This document shows positions 47,723-61,460 of a stretch of 64,000 nt of DNA, piece by piece (the stretch's first letter is position 1; the number at the start of each line of letters is the position of its first letter). Origin of the DNA: the human T2T-CHM13v2.0 reference genome, Homo sapiens; the NCBI RefSeq assembly GCF_009914755.1, contig NC_060925.1; one strand, written 5' to 3'. The translations under genes were made by a program, and so were the position numbers. The notes beneath the pieces are model-generated. The model did no database searches. It was given only the letters and a program-made list of their open reading frames with translations, and was not told where the DNA came from.

Positions 47723-49562
47723 CTGGAAAGAGAAAACCAGCGGTAAAGGCGACTCTTCATTTCTCTCAGCAACTCTGTGTAACCAGGTAAATCAAGCAGC
47801 AGGACATTGACCCAAGATAAACTGTTTTTCCAGCCCATCACTTACCTGACACACTCATTGGCACATACTGGATGGGCTGTTCATTAGCTTCTGCTTAGGG
47901 AATTTCAGGAAGACTAAGGTGGGCTGGGGGAGAGTGGTGGGGGAGAGGAATCACACACTGCAAGGTTAGTGTCTGGGTGCTAACCATAGAAAGAAGAAAG
48001 GTTTTCTACACAAGTAAGAGGCATGAGGTTCTTGTAAGGTTCTTGTATCTGATCTGTGTTTCCACAAACACAGATCAGATATGAGATTCCCAGAGAGCTC
48101 CCCAAAGGGACTTAGATAAGGTCTGATAAAGGAGGTCAAAGTGCTAATCATCTCTATGTGGCTTTAGGGTGTCTTGGATTTTAACATTCCAAAAACCTGG
48201 CTAAAACAAACAGAAACCTCTTATACGTTTCTTATTGCTTTGGACTAGACCAGATTTTGCATTTTAATTTACCAGTCAGATCACTGGTGAATTAAAGAAA
48301 CCACTTCAAAATTATTTTTTATATATATATATATTTATATATACATATATTTATATATACATGTATGTTTATATTTATATATATACATAGATATATGCAA
48401 GAGGTACACACATTACATGCAGACAATGAAATGTTCAGTAACTCACTAATACTTTTTCATACAAAACTGTAGTGTAAGCAGTGGCTAGGGAAAACAAAGC
48501 AAAGTTCAGCCTGAGAATGCTGTGAATGCAGATAGATGGAGAATGGCCTGTTAGCTCCAATGGAGCACAATATTGCTGGCTGAACAATCTAAAGCAAACA
48601 GGAGGAACCATCACTTCTTTTCTCTCTGTAGAGGTGGATTAGTTATATTACACAATTATTGATCATTTGAAGGTATCACACTGTTACCTGAAAAGTCTGA
48701 AATCTTCAATACATTTATACCTCCCTTTCTCATATCGAAGGGATTTATGCCTTTTAAATCACTGTTTTTTAAATTAAAATGTGGGGTTTCTTGCAAGTCA
48801 TGCTCCTTCCTGGCTTGCTGACCGTATTATCATCCAAAGTGATAAAAAGAAACAGTGAAAAAGTCGGGACCCTAGATTTATTCATAGTAATTAATGGTGT
48901 CTGATTTTGGGGCAGTGATAACCATAGGAATTTAATTCTGAATCTATGAAATGCTTGTGATCAGAGAAATTCACCAAAAATTTACTTTAGCAACAGGCCA
49001 TATATTGCTTCCTATCATTCCAAATGTTTAAGAAAGACCAGACCTTTCTAGAGGAACATTCTGTAATTCACTGCATCTTTTGGCTGTGGGGAGATGTTAA
49101 TTTTTCTCTCCTATTTTTCATTAACATGGTTTTATGTCATTTAAAAATTACTGAATGTTTATCTGAAAGAAGATAAACATTTTCCCGAATATTCTAATTT
49201 AAAATCATGTGTTATGTTTAACTGACTAATCATCTTTGTCTAAAAGGAAAACAGTCGGCCACCAGTATGACTGCTGGAGTGGGGAGGAAGGAAGGCTGCA
49301 TTTCTAAGTTTCTTAAAGCAGAAGCAGGAATGAGCTCGAATTATTATTAACCTTTTTTTCACAGTTGGATGATATATGGGAATTCCACTGTGATTTCTAT
49401 CAGTGTCATGAGTATCCCGTGTAAATACAGACCATTACACAGCCTTTCTCTATTTATTAAAATGTTCTCTCCACCCATTTCTTTCCTATATTATAATTTC
49501 TAAATAGTTATTGAGATAAAATTGGTACCAAAAAGCCACATATATTTAAAGTGCACAACTTA

Positions 49563-49850
49563 GGCCGGGCGCTGTGGCTCACACCTGTAATCCCAGCACT
49601 TTAGGAGGCCAAGACAGGTGGATCACTTGAGGTCAGGAGCTCAAGACCAGCCTGGCCAAACATGATGAAACCTCTGTCTCTACTAAAATACAAAAATTAG
49701 CCGGTTGTGGTGGCTCACACCTGTGGTCCCAGCTACTCGGGAGGCTGAGGCAGGAGAATCGCAGAACCCAGGAGGCTGAGGTTGCAGTGAGCCGAGATCA
49801 CACCACTGCACTCCAGCCTGGGTGACAGAGCGAGACTCTGTCTCAAAAAA
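49563..49850 (+). mobile_element. AluS
   Basis: TSD aaagt(gc/at)acaactta. Confidence 0.9.
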
Positions 49851-50473
49851 GTAAAAGTATACAACTTAACAAGTTTATATGTATATTTTACATGTATAAA
49901 TTATATAACATATATATAATTCTGGTTATGGTTTTATGGGGATATATATAAATTATGGGACTATATATATCCCCATAAAACCATAACCAGAATTATGATA
50001 ACTAGCACATCCATTACACCCCAATGTTTCCTCTTTTGCTTCTTCCTAATCTATCCCTTTCCTCACTATAGCCTTGACTTTCTGTCTTTAGTGATCCTTC
50101 TGCCTCAGCCTCTTGTTTTCATTTTCTAGAATGTTATATACATAGATTCATAAAATATGTATGGTCTGGCTTCTTTCACTCAGTGTACTTATTCTGAGAT
50201 TCATCCATGGTGTCGTCTGTGTCAACAGTTCATTCCTTTTCATTGCTGAGTAGTATTCCTCTGTATGGATATACCACAATGTGTTTATCTGTTCACCTGT
50301 GGGTAGATGTTTGAATTTGTTCCCAGTTTTTGGCTATTTGCAGCTAAATAAAGCTGCAACAAATATTCATGAACATTTCCCTGGACATGTTATTTCTTTT
50401 CTCTTGTGTAAATACCTAGAAGAATGGCTGGGTTATGTAGTAGGTTTAGTCTTAACTTTTTAAGAAACTGCCA

Positions 50474-51535
50474 TAATCCAATTAAAAACTGGGCAAAGGA
50501 CGTGAATAGAAATTTCTCAAAAGAAGACATACAAACGGCCAAAAAATATTTTAAAATGTGCAACGTCACTAATCATCAGGAAAATGCAAATCAAAACCAC
50601 AATGATATACCATCTCATCCCAATTAGAATGGTTATTATCAACAAATGCTGGTATGGATGTGAAAGAAAAGGAACCTTACAGACTGTTGGTGGAAATGTA
50701 TCTTGATTGCTACAGCCATTATAGAAAGCAGTATGGGGAGTTTCCTCAAAAAATTGAAAACGGAACTACCATATGATCCAGCAATTCCACTACTGTGTGT
50801 TTTTCGAAGTAAATAAAATCAGTATGTTGAAGAGATATCTGCACTCCCAGGCTTAATACAGCATTATTCACAATAGCCAAGATATGAAATCAATCTAAGT
50901 GGCCATAAACCAATAAATATATAATATATATAATCACATTTTATATATGATACCATTTTTGCATATGATATATATGAAATATATATCATATATAGAAAAT
51001 ATATAGAAAATGTGATATACACAAACACACCCCCATGGAATACTATTCAGCCATAAAAAAGAATGTAATCCTGTCATTTTGCAGCAGCAACATGGATGAA
51101 CCTGGAAGACATTATGTTAAGTGAAATAAGACAGGCACAGAAAGACAAATACCACTGAGTTCACTTATTTGTAGAATCTAAAAAAGCCAATCTCATAGAA
51201 GTACAGAGTGGAATAGTGGTTTGTAGAGGCTGGGGAGGGGAGAAGGAAGGGGGAGGAGAGATTGTTCAATGAATACAAAATTATAGTTAGAAAGAATAAA
51301 TTCTGGTGTTCTACAGGATAGTAGGAAGACAATAGTAACAATATCATAATGTGTATTTCAAAATAACTAGAAGAGAGGATTCTCAATATTCTTACCACAA
51401 AGAAATGATAAATAAGTGAGGTGATATTTTAAATACCATAATTTCATCATTGCAGAATGCATACATGTATGAAAACATCACAGTGTACCCCCATAAATGT
51501 GTACAATTATTGTCAATTAAAAGCAAAATTAAAAA
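50474..51535 (+). mobile_element. 5'-truncated L1MA-type element
   Basis: L1 ORF2 end plus 3' UTR and A tail. 12-bp TSD aagaaactgcca at 50462-50473 and 51536-51547. Confidence 0.85.
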
Positions 51536-51664
51536 AAGAAACTGCCAAGCTGTTTTCAAAGTAGTTGTAACTATTTTACATTCTCAACAGCAGCATGTGT
51601 GAGTTCCAGTTGCTCCATAGTCTTGTCAATAGTTTTTAAAATTTTAACCATGCTAGTGAATATA

Positions 51665-51878
51665 TGCCTCCTAGGGCACATTTTGCAGTATCTGGAGACA
51701 TTTTGGTTTTTACAATTTGAGGAAGGGAAGAAATAATACTGCCATTTGGTGGCTAGAGACCAGGGATGCAGCCAAACATCCTACAATGCACAAGACAGCA
51801 CCCCCAACCTCCACTTCCCTGCAACCAGGGAAATATTCTGAGGCTCAAAATGTCAACAGTGCTGAGGTTGAGAAACCT
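51665..51878. mobile_element. MER20 (hAT)
   Basis: tctggagacattttgg...gtggctagagaccagggatgcagccaaacatcctacaatgcac...aaaatgtcaacagtgctgaggttgagaaacc. Confidence 0.8.
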
Positions 51879-51959
51879 TAATGGAGTGGTATCTAATTGT
51901 GGTTTTAATTTGCCTTTTCCAATGACTAATGATGAACATATTTTCATGTACTTAATTTA

Positions 51960-52970
51960 AAGTACTATTTATAATAGCACTAAAAGTATATTTAGGGATA
52001 AATTTGAGAAAAAAAGTGTGCAAGACGGAAACCACCTAACATCAGTAAAGAAATGAGAGAAACTAAACAGATAAACTAAATAAATAAATGGGGAGATATA
52101 CTGCATTCCTGGATTTGAAGATTCAGTATTGTTAATAAGTCAATTCTCACAAAACTGATTGATAAATTCAATGAAATTGTAATGAAAATTCTAGCAGAAT
52201 TTTTTTTAGAAACGAACATGCTAATTTAAAAATGTACATGGAAATGCAATAGACCCTAGAATAGCTAAAACGACTTTGAAAAATAAAAAGTTGGAGGACA
52301 TACAATACCTGGTTTCAAGGTTTATTACAAAGCACAGTAACTATGGTATTGATGGTATTGGTGCAAATACACATCTAGATCAATGGAAAAGAATAAAGTG
52401 TCCAGAAATAGGCCACAACAGATATATGACCAATTGATTTTCGACAAAAGTGCAATGGTGAAATGACAAATCCCCTAAATGAAGAAAAGGATAATCTTTT
52501 CTATGAAAGGTGCTGGAACAATGGAATAGCCAACTATAAAAATAAATAAATAAATAAATAAATTAAATTAAACAATAACAAAAACATCTTGATACTTTGC
52601 TGCACATACAGTAATTAACTCAACATCATGAACCTAACAAACCATCAAACTGCTCAAAGCAACCATAAGAGGAAATCTTAATGATCCTGGATTTGGCAAA
52701 GATTTCTTAAATGGAGCACTAAAAGTTGGAACTATAAAAGAAAAAATTAAATAAATTGGACATCACAAAAATGTAAAACTTTTGCTCTTCGAAAGACACT
52801 TACAAAAAGGCAAGCCAAAGACTAGGGAAAAAAAAATTACTACTCATAAAACCCACATTCAACAAAGGACATTTACCTATAAACAAACAACACCCTCCTA
52901 CATCCCCAGCTGCACATGATAAAAAGTTCTGAACAGACGCTTCACTGAAGGAGATATACAGATGGCAAAT
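51960..52970 (+). mobile_element. L1 ORF2 fragment (L1M)
   Basis: aaatggggagatatactgcattcctggatttgaagattc and caattgattttcgacaaaagtgc motifs. Confidence 0.75.
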
Positions 52971-53149
52971 GGTAATTACTGAGCTTTTTACTCTTGATGC
53001 TAGTTAATGAAACTAGACTGCTCTCCTAATATTGCTGAAAATACCATCAGCAAAATCAAAAGGAAACAGTTGTTTTTCCCCAAAGCCACCAAAAAGCAGA
53101 TATTATTCTGCTCCAAAAATTTTATCCTGGAAAATAATATATTTTTTTT

Positions 53150-54075
53150 TGGTGGGAATGTAGATAGGTGCAACCCATTATGAAAATAATATGGAAGTTC
53201 TAAAGAAATTTAAAAATAGGCCAGGTGTGTTGGTTCCCGCCTGTAATTCCAGCACTTTGGGAGGCCGAGGTGGCAAGATTGCTTGAGGCTGCAAGTTCAA
53301 GACCAGCCTGGGCAACATAATGGGAACCCATCTCTATATTTAAAAAAAAAGATACTAAAAACAGAACTACCACGTGCCCCAGCAACCTCTCTTCTAGGCA
53401 TATACCCAAAGGAAATGAAATCACCATGCCATAAAGACATTTGTGCTACCACGTGTATTGCAGCACTGTTCACAATAGCCAAGATGTGGAAACAACCTGA
53501 GTGTCTGTCAACAGATAAATAATGGATAAAGAAATTCTAATATAAATGTAAATGGAATATTTTTCAGCCTTTATGAAAAGAGACATCCTGCCATTTGCCA
53601 CAACATGGATGAACCTGGAGCACATTTTGCTAAGCGAAATAACCCAGACACAGAAAGACAAATACTGCGTGATTTCACTTTTATGTAGAATCTAAAGAGA
53701 GAGAGAGAGAGAGAGAGAGTCAAACATACAGAGATAGAGAATAAAACAGTAGTTAACATGGGCATGGGGGAGGTAGAGATGGGGATATGTGTGTTAGAAA
53801 TTATAAAGTAGCAGATATGTAGGATAAACAACTCCAGCGATCTAATGTACATGAGAACTATAATTAATAAAACTGTACTATATTTGGGATTCCTGCAAAA
53901 TAAGTAGATTTTAGCTGCTTTTGCCACAAAAACAAATAAAAATGGGTAACTATGCGAGATGATGGATATGTTAACTTACTTCACTATAGTAACCATTTTA
54001 CTATCTATAGGTACCTCATGACATTGTGTTATATACTTTAAATATACACAATAAAATCTCTTTAAAAAATAAAAA
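53150..54075 (+). mobile_element. L1MA-type 3' end containing a FLAM/left Alu monomer (53219-53350) and (GA)n (53696-53718)
   Basis: gcagcactgttcacaatagccaagatgtggaaacaacc; caacatggatgaacctggag. Confidence 0.8.
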
Positions 54076-55723
54076 TATCTTTAAAAGGAATCTTGTAAAA
54101 CACCTGAACTTCAGAGCTTGCTACTGTGTCCTGTGAAAGCAGCCTTTAATAAGCTCTAAAAAGTTTGTAACTTTGGTTGGTTTTCTTGTTAAATAACTTT
54201 TTGCTCATTTAAATGTATATACCTTTCCACCTTCTATAAGATATAAATATATGTAGGTTTTTTCAGGTAGGTATATTTTATTCTGATCTTAGTTTTGTAA
54301 TATAAAAAGAGAATTTACTGGTACTGCCCTCTTCCTTCACGTTTGAAGGTTAAAAAAATCTGTGACTCTGTTAAATTACTTATCTAAAAAATAAGAGTTT
54401 AAGTATCTGTTTCCTTTTAATAAATGTCCTATGTCTTAATAGTGAATTCTACTGTGTTAGATATTACAAAAATGAGTGTGAAAGGGAATATACTGCAAGA
54501 TGGAAGCAAAAAGCAAATTTAGGTCTTTGTAATTTTTATTATTCATTAAGTTTCCCATTATAGAATAACACAATAATATTGCAGCACCCTAGAACATAGA
54601 GAAGAGAGGGGAAAATCATTCACAATCATTATAGCCTGACATTAACAGTATTAGTATTTTTGTGTTTTCTGAGCCAGTATTTTTCCTGTTGATGTTAAAC
54701 CAGGCTCTAGCTATAATCATTATGTATATGAATATTTCTATGCATATTTTATAAGTATCTAATCTTAGTGTGCAAATAATTTTCTACCTTTTCCACAGTA
54801 TTTTCTTTTGTAAGCTATATATATATAATTGTATAGGCTCACTAATATCATTTAGTGGTTAAATAATTTTCCATCTTGTGATATCATACACATACAATGC
54901 CATAGTGATCACTCAAAACATTAATTTAGTGAATGAAATTGAACGACTCATAGTGCAAACATCCCTTGACTGCTACTATTAGGTTGCCTTCCATTGTTTA
55001 CCATGATGAATTATGCTGAAATCATTATCTTTATATACTAATTTTTTTTCATATTTTGAATTAATTTCCTAGAAAAACTCTAGCAAATACATTTACTCTA
55101 TCATAGGTTGTAAGCATTTCACAATCCTTGATAAATTATGCTTTTCCAGATGATTATAATAATTTACATAAACACAAATGATGTCTAAGAGATTTCATCT
55201 TGACACAATTGGCACCATCACTAATTTTTCCAGTGCTAATGATGTGTACAAAAAAAATGCCACCTCATTTTAATTTGCATTTTTAAATTCATAATAATGG
55301 TAATTATTTCATACATTTACTTAATTTGTTCCTAAATTTTATATAAAATTTCAAATGGCTTCATTTTGGAGCTCAGATATATACATATTTGTGTACAATT
55401 ATATACAAATGATACACATATAATTTGCCTATAGGGTTTTAAAAATCAAATTATAAGGGTTGTTGGTATTAGAAAGATATTTAACTTTCCTAAGTTTGCC
55501 ACAAGTACTGTATCAAATTATTTAAATTTTTCCACCTTTTTTTACATACAGAAGTTTAAAATTTTTATGTTCTTAAATCTAACTCGGGGTATTGTGTGTG
55601 TGTTATTTATTTTATGGATCCTAAGTCTGAAAAATCATTTTCTCTGTATATTTTGGATAAATATTTGATTTTATTTAATATATTTTTTGAAAATTTATTT
55701 TACTGTTTTAAAATGTGACACAG

Positions 55724-56132
<409 letters not shown>

Positions 56133-57274
56133 CTAGAAGCTTCTTGTATGTGGCTATCTGATCAAAAATCCTTCTCTCGCCTTCTGGAGGTTCCCATCAA
56201 CAATCCTGACTGGTGAAAATCATTTTCTTGCTTGAAAAAAAAAAATGATTTCACTACTTACGACTTAGGTATGCAACTGTAAGCTGTTTAATTTTGCCCA
56301 TTTTTACTCAATATATTGTACCATACTATATGCATTATTTTGTGTCTTGCTTCCTTTGCTCAACATTACGTGGTTAAGATTCACTCATGCATTGCATTTA
56401 GCTGTAATAAGTTTATTTCCTTTGCTGTAGAATACTCATTTGGCACTTTCATGAAAAGGTGCTATTATGAACAATTTTATATGTGTATTTTGGTGCAAAT
56501 GTGCAAGATTTGCTCCAGAATAAGTACCTAGGAGTAGAATTGCTGGCTGCAGTCTATTCATGTCTTAAACTTTATGTTATTAAACTTTTGTCCAAAATGT
56601 GTATACTAATTCACACTCCCACCAGCAATACATGAGAATTCTCTTGCTCTACACTTGTCAACACTTAGTACTCTGAGAACTTTACATTTTTTTTAGTCTG
56701 GTAGTTTTGAAATGGTGAGTCGGTGTGATTTTAATTTGGAGTTTTCTGATGATTAATGAGGTTGCCCATATATTCATGGTTTTTGGCCATTTATATTTCC
56801 TCATTTGTGAAGTGTATGTACAAGTCTTCTGCCTATTTTCAATGGAGATATCTGGTTTTCTTATTGATTTAGAGGAATCTTATACTCATCTAGACACTAG
56901 TCTCTTTTCTGTAAAATTTAAAATAATAAATCAAAGGTCATAATTTTAATTAATTTGAATCTTTTGTGTTGTTTTAAAAAATTATTTCCTACACTGCTAT
57001 CATAAAAGTAGTTTCCATTATTATGACTCTAAGTGCTTTCAGGTTTTATTTTCTCATATTTAGGCTTATAATTTACCTGGAATTGACTTTTAAGTATAGT
57101 ATGACATATTAGTCCAATTTCCTTTTGTTATTTGTGAATCACTTCTATTTTTTAGTTTTCCGTTTTTCCCTCTGTTTGGATTTGGAAGCTACATGCTTTG
57201 TTTCTATTCCTTTAGTAGTTGCACAAAACATTCCAACATGCATACCTAATTTATCACAGACCAAAGTTAATGGT

Positions 57275-57411
57275 ACGGGCTGAGCAGCCCTCATCCGAAA
57301 ATCCGAAATGCAAAACACTCCCTTCCTTTGTGCGTCACGTTGGTGCTCAAAATGTTTTGGATTTTGAAGCATTTCAGGTTTTGGATTTTTGAATTAGGGA
57401 CATTCAATCTG
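57275..57411. mobile_element. Tigger4-like MITE
   Basis: ta|cgggctgagcagccctcatccgaaaatccgaaat...gggacattcaatctg|ta. Confidence 0.65.
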
Positions 57412-59525
57412 TATCTTTATTCTTCTCTTGGACATTACGAAGACCTCTGACGACTTGAAGTTCATTTCTCCTCTCGTCTAAACTTGTTTATTATTATTAT
57501 CATGTATTTTCATTCTACCTTACATTTTTTAAGCCAACTATATAGTCTTATCATGGTTTAATGCAGTTAATATTTACTCAGGTTTGCCAATGTACCTGCC
57601 ACTTTCTTTTCTTTTTGTTCACTTGCAAATCAGATCTTCCATCCAAGACCACTTTTTTTTTTTAAATCTTTTTTTTTCTCCTCAAATTACTTTTAACACA
57701 AGGTCACTTTCTACTGAAAAATATCTTCAGAATTACATGTAATGAGGGTCTCTGAGCTTTTGTTTTTCTAAAATTTATTTTGCCTTTATCCTTAAAAGAT
57801 ATTTTCACTAGGAGTAAAGTTCTAGCTTGGTAGTTACTTTCTTTACACATCATTAAGTATATCCAACAACTGTCTTCTGGCTTCCATGAGGGCTCTTGAT
57901 AAGGGAGCTTGCAGCCTCTCATCCATTTGAATGAGATCTGTTCATTCTGTTTACCTGCTTTAAGTTGGTCTGTGTGCTTGGCATGCTGCATTTTCACTAT
58001 GGCTTGTCTGGTGCGGATTCTTTTTTCTTTAATTTACCCTACTTGTGATTCACTGAAATTCCTGAATCTCAAGATAAGTGTCTTTCATCAATTCTGGTAA
58101 ACTCTCAGATATTATCTCATCAAATATTGATTATGCTTCAGTCTCTCTCTCTTTTTCAAGGAATTCTGATTGGATATATTTTAGATTTTCTCACTCTATC
58201 CTTCAAGTCATTTCTCTTTCAAATTTCTTGATTTTTTTTCTTTTGTCAATTAGTGTTATGTTCTGGGTACTTTCTTCTCTCCTTATCTTTCAGTTCACTA
58301 ATTCTCTCTTCAGAGGCATCTAATCTCCCATGTGTGGGGTGTGTGGTGGTGTATATTTCAATTGATTCATTTGTTTGTTTGTTTGTTTAGGAAATTCTAT
58401 TTGGCTCTCTTTCAAACATGCTGGATTGTTTTAAATATTTTCTATGGTCTATAAATTTTAAAGCTTGCCTTTTACTTCTTTAAGCATCTTAAGTATAGTT
58501 GTTTTAAAATCTGTGTCTGATACTTCCAATATCTGAAATATTTGCAGACCTGTTTCTGCTGGTTCCTTATTTCCAAGTTTAGGTTAAAATTTTTTTATAG
58601 TAAGCTGTGCATTTTCCCTAAAAAAACTGGTTTGGGAAACACTTGGACAAGGCAACCTTCTAGAAAGGATTTATGTTTGTTTCTGCCATGAGGCGTTTCC
58701 AATTGGGTACCACGTTAAATGTCTTCATAAATTGAGGGATTTGGTGCCATCTAGTTGTTTGAACTTGTGCTGCAAATCCATGCAAACTTATGACTTCTCA
58801 AGGATTCTCTTATTCTGCTCAATCATGAGGTGAGTCTGCTTGCACTTCCTGGTGTGGAGGGTGGTAGAGCTGACTTCCTGAGGATCATCCTCACTCTGAG
58901 AGTGTGGCACTTTGGTGTCCCAGGCTGATGATCCATGGTCTGGCATTGGACACCCACCTGGGCTTCAATTCCTGTTCTCCATAGTTCGAGGTCTGAAAAA
59001 CAAGGCTTAAGGTCCCCAGGTTGGGCAAATGCTCTTGGGGCAAAAGCAGCTTCCTGCCCTGCTTCCTCCAGGTACTCCTGTTCAGTAAGATTTTAAGCTG
59101 ATAATTCCTTATTATTTTGTCAGGTTTTGTTACATTCAGGAAGAGTTTTTTTGTATTTTATTCAGAATTTTTAGTTTTAATCAGCAGTAACCTGCCATAA
59201 TATCAGAAATGAAAAAGTCCCACGTGACTTTCCTCGTTTTCTTTTCCCTCTTCCTCTCTCTCACTTTCTGAAACTCTTAAATCCCTCTCTCATTTACATT
59301 GGTGTCTGGCGAGGGACTAGCACATAAGATTCATTTTTCTTTCCCACTGCTAAACAATTACCTCAACACTAGACTCTGAAAATCAATTTTTGATTGTGAC
59401 ATTTAATTTTGACATAATACATTCATAAAAGAGTCTGTCTCCTTTCTGTGTTTTTCTGATCCACTAATCCCATTCTCTGATCTTGGATAGTCTCATACTT
59501 TTTTCTGATTATTCAGTCTTCACTC

Positions 59526-59837
<312 letters not shown>

Positions 59838-60387
59838 TAAATCTAAAAGTGCTAAGTTCCTTTTTCTTATGCTTCTTTCTCAAGTTTTTAAAAACTATTA
59901 GCTGCTATTCTTCTAAAGGAACCTTAGAATCATTTATCAATGTTGGGAATATAATGCCTTTGGAACTGTTTTGAATTATATGAAACCTACAAATTCATTA
60001 GAAAGAATTGGCATTTTATAAATCTCAGCCTTCCTATCCAAAATCAGGTTATGTCTATCTCCACTTATTCAGAACATCATTTACATTTTAATAAACTGCG
60101 GTAGTTAGTTTACTTTATTTGTGACACTACTTGTTAGAAATCATTTCCATTATCAATTCAGACATTTTGTTGGTATTGTGAGTTGGATCACATTTTCATA
60201 GGTTATTTCTGCTATGTTAGAAAGTTCTTGCTTTTCTAAATTTTCTTTTCTCTGGTTGTATTTATGAATACTCTTATTAATCATAGTTGATTATATAGTA
60301 TGCACAGAAAAGTTTTATATACACATATAAATCATCATTTTTTTCTTTTTCTCTTTGCTCTTTACTCTTTACTATTTTGCTTTTCAT

Positions 60388-60765
60388 TTTATATATACAT
60401 AAAACAAATATATAATTTAAATTTTATATATAATATATAAAATTATATATAAATATATTTAATTTGTATATTATATATAATAAATTATATATTATATGTA
60501 ATATATAACATATTTTATATATTATATAGTATTATAATAAATATGTATTTAATTTATATTATATATTATATAAAAATTATGTTATATATTTAATTTATAT
60601 TTTATATAAATTATATATAATATGTAATATATAATTTATATTTTATATAATGTAAAATAGCAAACTATTAATATTATTGAATATTGTTTTAGAAGTTCTG
60701 GCCAGTGTAAGGCTGCAAAGAGAAAAAAATGAAAAATTTATATATAAATTTATATATAAATTTTT
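60388..60765. repeat. AT-rich low-complexity tract with palindromes
   Basis: Nearly pure A/T from 60390 to 60650. Perfect 34-bp palindrome at 60732-60765. Confidence 0.85.
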
Positions 60766-61272
60766 GGATTTATGGTAAATCCGTGCATGTTTAACTAAGA
60801 AATATATTAGCTTTTCATATACTGAACATTTTAAATTCACTGTGGCATTTTATATAGTACTTCACACTCCAACTCTCAAAGGAAGCTTAAGAACCCCTGT
60901 TCCAACATTCCACATCTAGCAGCATGGGACCAGAAAAATCTAGATATTATAACCAATGATTTAGGAAAAGACTGTTTGAATTTTACACATAAGAATTAAA
61001 TAGGCTTTTTTTTGTTTCTAGGAACTGAAGAAAATTGATACAGTGAAACAAACAAATCTAAACATAATAAAGGGTGTTGAAAATGACAAAGATATGAAAG
61101 TTAAAAGAGTCTGTGCTAATAAGACAAATAGAAAAAGACTAACCAGGTAAACCATTAGCGGAAAGTTTATATCTTTATTAAGTAATGAATTTTGGTGATA
61201 AACTTTGTGTGCATAACTTATCTTGCTCATATGCAAATGTATAGGCCCATTGGTATATCTCTGTTTCTAGAT

Positions 61273-61460
61273 CAATGTTTCCTGAAGTGCAATCTGTGGA
61301 TCACCTAAACAGAATCACCTGGGTGAACATTCTTGTTAAAATGAAGATCCTCAGACCCCCTCACAGGCCAGATGAATCAGAATATGGGCAGAGGGCTAGA
61401 AAACTGAAATCTAATGAGGCTCCCTGAGGGGTTCTCATACAGACTAAAACTCAAGAAGAG
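61273..61460. mobile_element. MER5-like MITE
   Basis: cagaatcacctgggtg...cttgttaaaatgaagatcctcagacccc...gaatcagaat. Confidence 0.6.

Larger units (their letters stand above)
49500..51950 (-). mobile_element. Old L1 3' region (L1ME-like) hosting an Alu, a younger L1 and MER20
   Basis: tggtctggcttctttcactcag...ttcatccatgg...gagtagtattcc antisense L1 3' motifs, which resume after the nested elements. Confidence 0.75.

Noticed and set aside
48680-48705. Minus-strand cttttcag|GTAACA AG/GT motif
   Set aside because: Pyrimidine tract is short and interrupted by another AG; too weak to call a recursive site.
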